Source of the DNA: Eledone cirrhosa
Taxonomy: Eukaryota
Assembly: GCA_964016885.1 (NCBI GenBank)
Contig: OZ024750.1
Location: 49,104,001 to 49,168,000 of the forward strand
Direction: 5' to 3'
Length of the DNA: 64,000 nucleotides
Of this stretch, positions 1 to 13,384 are shown piece after piece (positions within the stretch are counted from its first letter, which is position 1; the number at the start of each line of letters is the position of its first letter). Position numbers and translations under genes: made by a program. Under the pieces are notes generated by a model. It was given only the letters and a program-made list of their open reading frames with translations. It was not told the origin of the DNA and made no database searches.

Positions 1-1450
1 CCTCCAGGTGGAAAAGAATTGGGACGAGGTAACGAGCAGAGTAGCCAGTTTCACCCAAAAATGGGCTGGGAGGAAGATATCACTGAAAGATCGGGCGGAG
101 GTGGCGAATGCGTAGATCGCGTCCGTCATCTACTACCGCCTGACCGTCGTGCCTTGCCCCCGTCAGCGCATCGTCAAGTTGGAACAGCTCCTCTTGAAAT
201 TATTGTGGAGGGGACAAGTTCCCTTGGTGAGGCGATCCATCTGCTGCCAGCACCCTCTACGCAGATGGCTGGGCATGCCGTGGCTAATGATGCGCAGACA
301 TGCGTTGAGGCTGCGACATCTCCAGATATTCTGCCTCAACGGTGAACAGGTGTGGTCGCTGTTTATCAGACGGGCCTTTCCGCTGCTCATTTGTTTGACT
401 GAGCTGCAGTCCTGGGTCAAGAAGAGACCGAGACTGGATGACTGGTACCTGAAATGTTGCCAGGCACTCACTGCCCTCTACCAAGCGGGCAATGCGATCA
501 GTGGAACTTCCACTCTCGAGTTCTATAGAGGATTAGTGGTGGGCAAGTGCGATGATGCACTCGGAGAAGCTTTGGACATCGACGAAGTCGAACTGACCAG
601 TCTGTACCGGAGGACTTTTGAGCCGGGGACGATGGACAATTTCCAGAAATCCCTCGCTTGTCAGTGCTACCGGGGGGCACTGCCGATTCGGGATAAACTC
701 TACAGGCACGGAAATGCTGTCAGCGGACCTGCCCAAGATGCGCACAGAACGACGAAACCGTTCTGCACGCACTTGTCCAATGTCCGAACATTACTGACTT
801 GTGGAGTTATGTCGAACAGCTACTCTCGCGTGTGGAACGAATCCGGCTATCGGCCGAGTACATAGTGAAGATCGAGCCGCCGCCTTCATTAGGTCAGGAA
901 GAGCAGGAAATGTTCCTGTCTGGTGGCCGTTGCAAAAGAGGTTATATGGTGGACCAGATTAAAAGGACTGAAGACACACTTTTCTCTTCGGCCAATGCCT
1001 CATCAACTTCTTCAAGTTTCACCTGGAAAGGAATGTGAGAGTGGAGAGAGAAGTGCAGCCCCCCAGTACATTTCCTAAAAGGTGGGTGAAAGTGGCGAGA
1101 ATGGCTCGTGTGAATGGGCCTCCTCTGACCATGCGCCTATAGGCTAGCTAACTTGTGGAGAAGGGTGCTCTCCCTGGGTGCCCTAGAAACGCAGGGTGGT
1201 TCAGGATTGGCGGGGTACCCGAGTCACCCCAGGGTCGTCCACCCCCTAACGGGGAGTTTATTTTATTATATTTATGCATAGTTTATTTTATATTTTTATA
1301 TTTTCATTTTTAAATTAGACTTGCCATTGTGCACTTTTACTCGACCTTATTGTAAATCCCCACTGTCCCTGTCTTTGTATTGTCCCTACATGTCGGCCCT
1401 TGTGGCTAATAAATGAAATCATTATTATTATTATTATTATTATTATTAAA
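1..1450 (+). mobile_element. 3' end of an L1/Tx1-clade non-LTR retrotransposon (decayed ORF2 C-terminus, 3' UTR, (ATT)n tail)
   Basis: Frame 2 reads NWDEVTSRVASFTQKWAGRKISLKDRAEVANA*IASVIYY...LLWRG, a post-RT region typical of Tx1/L1. After a frameshift near 728 comes a CCHC knuckle, CPRCAQNDETVLHALVQCP. There is an in-frame TAG at ~112 and an (ATT)n run at 1421-1447. Confidence 0.85.
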
Positions 1451-1575
1451 TCATTATTAATATTATTGTTGTTTCTGTTGTTGTTGTCATTATTATCATC
1501 ATCATCATCATCATCCATCGTCTGTTTTCGAAGCTTTATGAGTTATGTCACTACGCCGACGACCCGTCCGCCCTA

Positions 1576-1755
1576 GTATCGGTAGTGGTTTGGACCCCTG
1601 CTTTGGCTCATAGAGTTACGGCCCTTGCCATTCTGAGATCAAATCCCGCCGAGTTTAATTTTGCCTTTCATCCTTACGGGTTCGATAAAATAAAGTACCA
1701 GTAATGGACTGGGTAATTGCTGGCCTTGTGCCTAAAGTAGAAACAGTTATTATTA
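1576..1755 (+). mobile_element. tRNA-derived SINE, young family A, slightly 5'-truncated
   Basis: Matches the recurring ~190-bp unit GGCGGTGGATTGGCAGTATCGGTAGAG...GAGTTCAAATCC (B box)...GCCTTTCATCCTTACGGGGTCGATAAAATAAAGTACCAG...AGTAGAAACAATTAT. Confidence 0.85.
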
Positions 1756-1929
1756 ATCGCAATTTATTAGGTATCACCAATGTATTATTTAACACAGCCA
1801 TGTGTGACTTGGACATGTGCCGATGGTTGTTTTGCTGATATTTTGTTGCATTGAGTGCATACTCCATTACATATGTGCAACAACTAGTGTTACTATTCTC
1901 AGTAAAGTGCATCATTTATTTGTAAGTTT

Positions 1930-4450
1930 TATGATTTTGATTGTTTATGCGTTTCTTTACCTTTCCCAGACAATCTGATATTATTGGCATTATTTCTGTT
2001 TCCATCATTCACATTTCGTTTACATCAATTTCCATTGCCTTGGTAGATACGACTGGTCGTCTTTGGAGATAGAAATAGCAACGAGAAGACGTCTTTTTTT
2101 TCGAACTGTTGACGATAATATCCAGTCAGTTAGCTTTGATCTTCTGGTCTGCATATATTGGTAAATCCAAGAGTACGTCGCTTTCTCATTCTCTAACAAA
2201 GTTTCTTGTGTATGTTTGCACCACCACTTTTCTGTTAGTATTTAAATTCCACCTTGTTTATTTAAATTCCACCTATATGATATCGGTGGATATATACTTT
2301 TTTCTAAGTTTTGGCAGCCAAAGAAATTTTGATAATCGTTTTACTCCCAAATCACATATTCTGGACTTACTCTGGTCTGCTTCATTATGTATATTTGTTA
2401 GTTTGTATTGGCCATATAGAGGATTTTCTTGCATCGTTTGAACATACCATTTGGGGATCGGTTATATCTTAACCGCAATTTCTCTTGCTATTATCATAAT
2501 CTTCATAATTACTTTTAAATTTAGCAATGCTTTTGAATTGCTTAGATTCATTAAAAATAGAAAACAATCCTTGTGGCTATTTGCATTAACTTTATTATTT
2601 TTCAGTAGATATTTTTGTCTTCCTACAATGAATATTTTATAATAGTTACTTAGTTGTAAAATTATTCTACATCTGATTTCCGATGTGTATTCTAAAAAGA
2701 TTTATGTTTTTTTCTTGCTTATTTGTATAGCCGAGCTAGTTGTTTTAGTGTTTATTTCAGAATGTTAAAACTCTAGCTTGTTGCTGAATTGTCTACATTA
2801 TTGATACCTGGATTGGCGGTGGATTGGCAGTATCGGTAGAGGGTCGGACGCCATGCTTTCCAGCATAGTTACGTCCCTTTACGATCTGAGTTCAAATCGC
2901 GCCGAGGTTAACTTTGCCTTTCATCCTTACAGGGTCGATAAAATAAAGTACCAGTAATGTACTGGGTAATTGCTGGCCTTGTGCCAAAAGTAGAAACAAT
3001 TATTGATAGCTACTATTTTATTCCTACAATTTAATTGTCTTAAGGATTAAACTAATCCGCTTTCATTATACCTTTCTAATCATTTTCTTCTATGTGTTTG
3101 AAGAACCTTAAATTCATTGATTTCTAAGTATATGTATGTTTGTGTTTGATCTAATTCGGTCATCCTAATTTATTTATCTACCATCATATAATAGTTTAGC
3201 ACTAGATTTCCTCATTTAGTCTTGCTTCTGCACATTTTCTAGTCTAAATCTCATCTCTATTTTTTTCGTGAATCGATTTGCTGCATATTACAATGATTCA
3301 AGTTGTCTCGTCTGGAGTGTACATCTTCCAATCTTTAATATATAGCACATGACTATAAATGGACGATTCCATTTCTAACCGAATCCAATCATATTTAGTG
3401 GCTCAGTTAATGGTCTGAATGCTGGGAAGACGTGGAGCTGTGACGGGAGTCCCTCTGAAGTCTTTTAAATGGGATGTGCTCAATGTTTATAAATGTATCG
3501 TTTGTTTGAATCCGCTGACATGTTTGCTACTTACGCACATCATATTTGATGATGGTTTTATTACTGGTGCTACTATGTTTATGGTTAGTGTGTTCAATTT
3601 CTACGTATGAGCGACACTGACAAAAGACATATGGTAACTAACCAATGTCTTTCTGAGATGTTTACCCTTTATCTGCATTCCCACTGTTATGGCTTTATTG
3701 ATTCCTAGTTAGTCCTTGAAGACATAAGAACCTTTATAGAATCCTCTCTGCTCTTCTGAATGAGGTTTCTTTTTCAAGTGCTGAGTCACTTTCTACTATA
3801 AGCTAGCTGTGAATGTCTTGTAAGTTGTAGGAAGGCATATTATGGGTCTGTAGATTTGAGGTAAGCTTTGTGTAGTTAGTGCCCCGCTCTAGTTTCATTT
3901 CTGGATCTCTCAACATCTCATTAACATGTTCGAAAGTCTATCATGTGGCCCTGTTAAATATCTCAGCTTTATTTGTACTATTCTTGTGCACATATTGGTA
4001 GAATTAGGAGCACGTGAAACAATTTCTGGAAGGTATTTGTTCCTACTCACTTCGTTCTCATTCAAATTCGGACGTGAACAGCTTTGTCATTCGTCCTCTT
4101 TAATAGATAATATATTTTACGAATCATATCCTTGGATCAATATAATAGTCATTCTCACAAAAAATACTGGCCTTGAGCCTAAATTAGAGACTATCATAAA
4201 TGGCATAGTTTCAATACTAATAGAATGTTGCATCGTCAGGTATCAGGTCATGTCATACATAAGAGAAATCGCAAATTAGTTGTAACACAACGTACGGGCG
4301 TTTATACATAAGACTAAACTGAGATATTCTAGATGCAATAAATTAATGTGTTGCATAATTCTTTACCTCTCAGAAGATTATATCGATTAAATGATATTCC
4401 TATAACTATTCTTATTACAGTAAAGCATATGGTGTATTCTATCTCGTGAA
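1930..4450 (-). mobile_element. Heavily decayed R4/Dong-like (RLE-endonuclease) non-LTR retrotransposon
   Basis: Minus-strand fragments occur in the expected order: PQIYRPIICLPTTYK (RT), IPFKR..QRDS, SHVLYI-DWKMY (YMDD region), NCRNKIVAIN, ENPLYGQY, GCQNLEK..YIHR, DLPIYADQKIKAN*LDII (RPD nuclease motif), METEIMPIISDCLG. There are many stops and frameshifts, and a SINE interrupts it at 2815-3003. Confidence 0.75.
2815..3003 (+). mobile_element. SINE family A, full length, nested in the R4/Dong relic
   Basis: Complete unit with A/B boxes and GAAACAATTATT end. Confidence 0.9.
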
Positions 4451-4924
4451 GAGGTTTGTTCCGCTCATTCAATGTTAGGTTTAGATTAGTTGAACATGGA
4501 AGTTGAAAGAGCAAATATATATATTGCAAAATTGTAATTGCAGTAATATATTGATTCTTCTCTTTTAATAAGTGATATTCACTAACATGTCATTAACAGT
4601 ATATAATCAAAGGCCACTTAGAGGGAATGTTTTCGTACTAAATGGAAAATTTAACAGCATAAAATAGATATTACTGGGTAACAACTTTCGATTCCAAAAT
4701 CGATCTTCCATAAGCTGGCGCAAAATTGTACCATCATCAGGACCAGATGGCACCCTAATTTATCCTCTAAGGAATTCAGTATTTTGAGTGCCTTCTACCT
4801 CTTTAATCATTCATCTTATGACAGCAACAAAACATTTGTCGGGCAGCCCATTCGCGGGACGCCTAGGCTTCTACTTATTCCACATTATATATAACTGCTT
4901 CTATTTGGGTACGAGGACAGCAAC

Positions 4925-4992
4925 TATCCCAGTGCTTTATTTATGGACCCCGTAAACATGAAAGGCAAAGTTAACCTTGCCTGGATTTGAAT
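4925..4992 (-). mobile_element. SINE family A fragment
   Basis: Reverse complement of the TTCAAATCC...GTTAACTTTGCCTTTCAT...GGGGTC central domain. Confidence 0.6.
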
Positions 4993-5920
4993 ATATATAA
5001 TATATCATAGTTATCAAGTAAATGGTTCGCTGAAACATAGGCCACACGTGTTTCCATCATTAAATCACAGGCCCAGTCAAAAAAAGTGCTATCCTCGTCA
5101 AATACCATTTACCAAATCCTCTGTACAGTAGAGAGATTGAGAGGGGAGAAAAATTGCCAGGACGGAAACAATTTGGAAGCTGCTCGGATGGCCAGTCTTG
5201 TCGCATGCCATGTCAGGTTTATCCATTCTAAGAATAAGTTTAAGGGTACACCGCTATATGGCCGGCTCATCAAATTTCACGTAAGTTAGATAGTCGAACA
5301 ACAGGAATATCCATCGTTATATCGACGAAAATCCATTCTATATATGATTGCGTGACACATTTCTCATATTAATCCTTCTTAGTACCCAATGATATATTTC
5401 TTATGTCTCCTTTCGGAGGACTCATATTAAACTTAAGATGGAGTGAAATTGTCCTTATATCCGAGACACGACCAGCATTGGTGTATGAGAATGGACTCTG
5501 CTATAACCATTAAACAATGTATATAACAGGAATTTAATTGACGAAATTTATTTGCACTCAAAATGCAAACAGTCGAAAAAGGTACCGTACTTAATGCTTT
5601 AAAAAGTCTGCACGCCCAGCTCTTTATATTTGTACACTAATAATAAACATGGGAGAAATGACAAGCGAGTTTGTCCCCGCTGAGATATGAACTCCGTATA
5701 AAAGAAAGCGAAATAAATGCCTCGAGTCTTTTAGTACAAAACACCATTGCGTATTATATATACGTAAAAAGCACATAAACCAGGTAAAACTAGTTCCAAA
5801 GTAAAATAGATAAAAGGCAGACAAACCTGTTTCTCACATTCGACAAAAGGACTTGGTTCAAAATGCCAGAAAATTAGTTTTCCCACGGCATTAAGAAAAA
5901 AAAAAATGAATTTCAACTTA

Positions 5921-7364
<1,444 letters not shown>

Positions 7365-7384
7365 TATTATATATAGAAACCCTA

Positions 7385-7575
7385 GGGCGGTGAATTGGCA
7401 GTATCGGTAGAGGGGCGGACGCCATGCTTTGACGCATAGAGTTACGGCCCTTGCCATTCTGAGTTCAAATCCCGCCGAGGTTAACTTTGCCTTTCATCCT
7501 TACGGGGTCGATAAAATAAAGTACCAGTAATACACTGTGTAATTGCTGGCCTTGTGCCTAAAGTAGAAACAATTA
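7385..7575 (+). mobile_element. SINE family A, full length, with 19-bp TSD
   Basis: ATTATATATAGAAACCCTA at 7366-7384 and 7572-7590. Confidence 0.92.
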
Positions 7576-7846
7576 TATATAGAAACCCTACTTATGCCGT
7601 ACATAAGGAATACACTTTAAATAATATGATTAATGGAGTTCTGTTTCCTTATTGACGCTCGTCAGATCAAATGTTATGCCACGTGTTCTTAATTGAATTA
7701 TATAGTTTTAGGCTTTATTCAATTAATATTTGCCGAGATATAATAGCTATGATGAGAATCTAACAAAAATCTAAGACATATAGTCTCAATTTACAGAATT
7801 TTAACCCAAAAGTGTATTGAATAAAATAAGAATATTACGATTACAT

Positions 7847-7933
7847 CATTGTTTCTACTTTTGGCACAATGCCACTAATTACCCAGTGTATTACTGGTAG
7901 TTTATTTTATCAACTCCATAAGAATGAAAGGCA
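7847..7933 (-). mobile_element. 5'-truncated SINE family A with 16-bp TSD
   Basis: AATATTACGATTACAT at 7831-7846 and 7934-7949 flanks the 3' half of the SINE. Confidence 0.85.
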
Positions 7934-8034
7934 AATATTACGATTACATAATGGTAATAGATTTTTCATGATATTACAAATGTGCAATTAAAATGTTATA
8001 TAATTAAACAGAGCATGATTGAGGAGAAGAAAAG

Positions 8035-8035
<1 letters not shown>

Positions 8036-8101
<66 letters not shown>

Positions 8102-8122
8102 CACACATAGAGAGAGAGAGAG
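8036..8122. repeat. (GATA)n / (GA)n microsatellite
   Basis: Directly visible. Confidence 0.95.
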
Positions 8123-9589
8123 AAGATAATCGGAGAATAGCGACATGGGGAGTTTTAATAGACATTAAGAAGAAAAAACAAAAAGTGTTTGTTTATCTCG
8201 TTCAATATATTCTGATTCTATTATTTGTTTAAATTCAATTCTTGAAATATTTGATTAGCTATTTCTTTATAATACTATAACAGAGTTCGGTTTTATGTCG
8301 CAAATTCAGTGAATTTCCAAAATTAATTTGAAATATTTCAGATAAAAACAAAATGTGTTTGAGCAGAAAGAAAAATAGATAACGAATGAATAGTATTACG
8401 TTTGGTTTGTATGACTTGTTACATATTATTGAAGATTTGAATAATAAACTGAACTTTATTAAATCCGCCATGTTTGTATGGTAGGCTAACACACGCTATA
8501 AACAAAAATCAATAAGATCTAATGATTTAGCTGACACAAATTTAGATTAAATGAGGTAGCTTTGTGAGTAAGATGCCAAGAACGAAACTCTTCATAAATG
8601 CTTCAGCAATTTCCATCAAACGTAGTCGATGTTATTAATATTTATTTCCTGTATTATTCTCGTTTTGGAAGTTATACTCTACCGGTTGGCACATGCACGT
8701 TAGTATTATTCCGAGACATGGAGAGATGTAATGAATATCATGGCCAATGACCGAGGAAATTTATGCATGCCAAGTAATATATGTCGAATTGATACAATAA
8801 ACAGACGCCACCGTCAAATATGAATAAGCGAAATAATCCAAAGTAGTAATATACTTGTAATCTTTGAATATATCCATAACGAAAATATAATAGCTGCTTA
8901 GTTGATTTATAGACTAAAATATATATTCTGAGGTCCTAAGGTTTTAAGTAACTCTGTATATGTTCGCATTGATTTTAAGTTATGTGTCCAGATTATATGA
9001 TATTATGGATTTGTGTTGAATGAATTTTATATATATAATATTCTACGAAATATCATATAATTATTCCCAACAGTTCATTTCATGTGTTCATATGACTGCC
9101 AGTAAATGCACCTTTATAGACCATTTGCTACTACGACAGGATCAGCAACCTGCATCTAATTTAAACGATATAACTTTAGTGAATATTTAACAGATAATAG
9201 TATAATCTGTGATATTTAAGAAATACGCAAGAATAACTCATGAATACATAATTTTGAAGAGGTTTGGGCAAAAGATATCTCGGTAAATATCCTCGTAATA
9301 TCGTCTGCAACATCTTGCGAAATGCATAGGAATGTATCGAAAGGGAAATAGCAGTTGTTACCAGAATATTATTGCATATGATACGAGAATAATCATATCT
9401 TTTTTAACAGAAAACGTTTTTATTGCTATATTCCTGGTTAAAATCAGGGTTGTTTGCATCCTTTCTTTTTCTTTTCGTTTGGATAGAAATCAGGGCAGCT
9501 GCTCAAATCTGCAGACTTATCATCATTGATTTATGAATATAAACATATGTTCATGAACACTTCTACAGCATACACGTATATATTATATA

Positions 9590-9777
9590 GGCAGCGGATT
9601 GGCAGTATCGATAGAGGGTCTGACGGATTGCTTGGCAGCAAAGAGTTACGGCCCTTTATGGTCTGAGTTCAAATTTCCCTAAGATTAACTTCGCCTTTCA
9701 TCCTTACGGGGTCGATAAAATAAAGTACCAGTAATATACTGGGGATTGGCTGGCCTTGTGCCAAAAGTAGAAACAAT

Positions 9778-9780
<3 letters not shown>
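9590..9780 (+). mobile_element. SINE family A, full length
   Basis: Matches the family consensus and ends GAAACAATTAT before (TA)n(TG)n. Confidence 0.88.
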
Positions 9781-9809
<29 letters not shown>

Positions 9810-10712
9810 AGTGTGTATACATACATTATATATTTATATAAATGTATATATACATATATACATATATACATATATTCACATATATTCTCACAAACACACA
9901 CGCACAAATATACATATGTGTGTGTGTGAGTGTGTGTCCGCCTGTGCGTGTGTGTATGTGCGTGTGTATGAGTTATTAGGATTGATAATTGGAAATGCTC
10001 ACCAGAATTTTTTATTTTTTTTTAATTTTTATTTATTATTGATATTCTCAGTTATGTATTCTTTTTTGTTCGGAAACTCTCACTAGAACTTTCAGAGACA
10101 AATGCTTTAACACAATAAGCCCACCCCTCCCCAAAGTACCCCTTTCACTTATTTAACTTCATCTCTCATTTGTTATTGTTGTTTTATCTACAAACTCTGA
10201 TTCCCTCCGCTGTTCTTCTAGCTGTCTCTTTCTCACTTAATCTTGCGGAGGTCTGACTTTTTTTTCTCGTCCACACAAATCTCGAACTCAAGTTCAGTAA
10301 TTGATGTTGACTATCATTTTTTCTCTCTCTTCGAATTGCTCACACACTTGTGCTTCGGGTTTGCATCTTCGGTTTGTTGTTTCGCGTTTTTTTCGCTGTT
10401 TTTTTTTCTTTTCTTCTCTTTTCCCTTCTGTTACATATTTTTTTTTATGTTTCCTCTTTCTTCCCAATAAGTTTCTTAAGTTATTGATGCACCGGGGTAT
10501 GATGTTTTGTCGTTAATGCGTAGAAATAGCCATGATACCCAGCAGACAACTGATGAAGGAAAAGTTTCTTCCGTTCATGCTTTCCTCTTATAAGTACTCC
10601 TTATCCAGCAACTACACAGCCCATGTTTCTTATATATATATATATAATGTAGATACTATGGGGAAATACCGGCGATTGTACCAAATCAAGCAGTCTATAC
10701 ACACGTAGAGTG

Positions 10713-11002
10713 TATATAATAGAAAAAATGAGGAAGTTTCGTTTACATATGAAACATATTTATTGAGTTTACGCGCGTATCACAGATGATTGGTACAAGG
10801 TGACCTATATGATTTATGGACCCTACTCCAGTATCGTTCTGCTCCTCATTCTCATCACCAGTCTGAGTAGCAGATATTTACTAGAGTTGGGTCGATAACT
10901 CCTATGGGTCACCTTGAACAAATCCTCGGTGAAACGTGCGTAACAGATCGATACTCAATAAATAATTTTCATATGTAAACGAAATTTCCTCGATTTTTCT
11001 AT

Positions 11003-11008
<6 letters not shown>
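10713..11008. mobile_element. Imperfect ~300-bp palindrome of two inverted PLE-type termini with decayed hammerheads
   Basis: TATATAATAGAAAAAATGAGGAAGTTTCGTTTACATATGAAA is mirrored at 10968-11008. The + arm has CTGAGTA (10863)...GAAACGTGCGTA (10931-10942). The - arm has ATGAGGA-GCAGA...TCTGT-GATACGCGCGTA. Confidence 0.6.
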
Positions 11009-11035
<27 letters not shown>

Positions 11036-11048
11036 GTTACATACATAC

Positions 11049-11084
<36 letters not shown>

Positions 11085-11085
<1 letters not shown>

Positions 11086-11255
11086 CGAAGGAAATGTGGT
11101 AAGGAACCAGATGGACCATAACGCACCAAATTACACATTACTTAGGGTAGTTGAGTGGGTAATAAGAACAGGTATGACACCGACGGCAGAGCTCAAGCCG
11201 TTTCGACATTAGCCGTATAAACGGCTTGAGCTCTGCCGTCGGGGTCATACTTGTT

Positions 11256-11260
<5 letters not shown>
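11085..11260. mobile_element. PLE-terminus fragment with internal fold-back (hammerhead stem III region inverted)
   Basis: Arms at 11162-11203 and 11219-11260 (GACGGCAGAGCTCAAGCCGTTT / AAACGGCTTGAGCTCTGCCGTC). Same family as 11665-12756, 28440-28570 and 41560-41720. Confidence 0.65.
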
Positions 11261-11314
<54 letters not shown>

Positions 11315-11330
11315 TAAAATAACAGATTAA

Positions 11331-11381
11331 AGTTTAAGCAAAGAATCGCTGCTTTCACCCTTAACGGGATCTTCTGAAACT
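11331..11381 (-). ncRNA. Type-I hammerhead-like motif, U4A core variant
   Basis: Minus strand: AGTTT-CAGAAGA-TCCC gttaa GGGT-GAAA-GCAG cgattct TTGC-TT-AAACT. Confidence 0.6.
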
Positions 11382-11497
11382 AACAAAGTCAATCTGTAAA
11401 CGCAGAACTGGATATTTCAAAAAACAAGAAAAAAAGATGAAATCGAAAATGCAACTGGAGTCTTATTTTAAATATATATATATATATTTATTTGGTT

Positions 11498-11535
11498 CTT
11501 TTACCAGTTTCGCAGTTCTTCTGCTTTTCAAAAAT
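11498..11535 (-). ncRNA. Minimal hammerhead motif, U3-A8 core variant
   Basis: Minus strand: ATTT-TTGAAAA-GCAG aagaa CTGC-GAAAC-TG-GTA-AAAG. A homolog lies at 55041-55078. Confidence 0.5.
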
Positions 11536-11664
11536 AGAGTTGAGATGGAGGGTCTGTGTTTTTCTCACATCAGATGTGAGAAAAATGACGTTGTAGGACA
11601 CCTCGGTTATTTTTCTTTTTGTAAAAAAACATCACTTTCTAATATATATATACATATACATATA

Positions 11665-12751
11665 TAACGAAGCAGGTGTGGTAAGGAACCCGATGGACCA
11701 TAACGCACCAGAGTATTCAATACTTAGGATAGTAGAGTGGGTAATAGGAAAATGTTTAACCCCGACGGCAGAGCTCAAGCGGTTTCAACGGCTATTTCTG
11801 CACTGTATTATAATCTTTAGCGTGGTAAATAAATAGCCGAACTTTTCAAGGGATAATTCCTCATATGGGAAGATTGTAGTTGTCAAAATGATTGGTCCAC
11901 ATTTCTTGTAAACACCATAAACAAAAAAGACGAACATGTAACTGCATGCGTAGGACTTACCTCGCCCTCAAACGTCCTAATAACCCGGTTGGGTAGACAA
12001 TGGCTGCAACATCCTCCTTTTCCCTACTTGCCGAACAAGATAGGGGAAACCCCAGCTAACATAGGTAGATGAACTTCTTTTCTTTTCACTTTTTTTTCTT
12101 CATCCCTTTATCTCTTCATATCACTTGTTTCCACTCCCTATCCTCTCCCTTTTCCTGTTTCCCCTTTCGTTACGCCGAGGCAGCTCATCGGGCTTTTGTA
12201 GCCTCAGTAACCCCACCCCAGTAAATTATATATAGCATTAGCCGAAAACGCAATACCAACTATATATAGCAGCTGTTTTAGACTCTAGAGATTATTTTAT
12301 TACTGTTTACTATCCAATTTTATAATTTTATATCTTTTTTTATTTACTTATTATCTTCTAATCTCATTTTATTAACCTATTCTATAACGTCGCTCTCTAT
12401 TTTCCCCAGAATACTTTTTTCGACTGCTTTCTATCTAGCCTGATCTCATACACACTCCTTAGAATTTGCCGTATAAAATTCACTTTCGACGCTTGACCGG
12501 GTCCACCCACTCCCTCATCGTTCCACAGGCAAGTTCAGCCACCACCACCACCTCTCAGGCACTGCCATGAACGATTTAATGGTGTTTACAAGAAATTTTC
12601 ACCAATGCTTTTGACAACTACAATTTTCCCATATAAGGAATTAGCACTTGAATAGTTCGGCTATTTGTTTACCACGCTAAAAATTCTAATCTAGGTTCAG
12701 AAACAGCTGTTGAGAAATAGCTTCAGCTCTGCCGTCGGTGCTAAATATTTT

Positions 12752-12756
<5 letters not shown>
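11665..12756. mobile_element. Non-coding PLE derivative bounded by inverted ~175-bp hammerhead-bearing repeats
   Basis: 11745-11920 is the reverse complement of 12580-12756. HHR-like motifs at 11760-11853 (-, core TTGAAAA, GAAAC..GTC) and 12641-12744 (+, decayed). Flanked by (TA)n. Confidence 0.65.
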
Positions 12757-12823
<67 letters not shown>

Positions 12824-12968
12824 CTTCTACTTCTTGACTCTCAAGAGAGGGTAGTCATACTCATGTATATATTTATATATATATATATATATTTATATAT
12901 ATACACATATATATATATACATATAGTTAATAAACAAGAAAGACGGTTTCATTTGTACATCCTATTTA

Positions 12969-13031
12969 TTTTGTTATACGTATTTCAAAGACGTATGGCA
13001 GCGCTATAACAACTGTTCTCTTCAGACAAAA
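12969..13031 (-). ncRNA. Canonical minimal type-I hammerhead ribozyme
   Basis: Minus strand: TTTTGT-CTGAAGA-[stem II]-GAAA-T-ACGT-A-TA-ACAAAA. 6-bp stem I and palindromic ACGU loop III. Confidence 0.75.
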
Positions 13032-13330
13032 ATTCAAATAAGATGTTAAATTCCATTGATATGTGACCAGTTATACGTGTTATTCGCTTCAGCTGCCACT
13101 AAGCATATGACTGACATCCTCAAATACCAGTTTGTATATGGGTGTGACATAGATATTCCAAATGGGGGCTTCTGCCTGTGAACAGGTTAGGGTGCCAATT
13201 TACCAGATTGGTCGGTTGATTCCTAGTCAGGTATGTATGAACTGTTAGTCCATTTTTTTTTATACTAGAAATTATTCACTCAGATACTAATTCTAATTTT
13301 AGATATTTGTACTTTCATGATGATGTTATA

Positions 13331-13384
<54 letters not shown>

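Noticed and set aside
7385-7575. tRNA genes suggested by A/B-box motifs (GTTCAAATCC)
   Set aside because: They are heads of multi-copy SINEs with TSDs and show no full cloverleaf.
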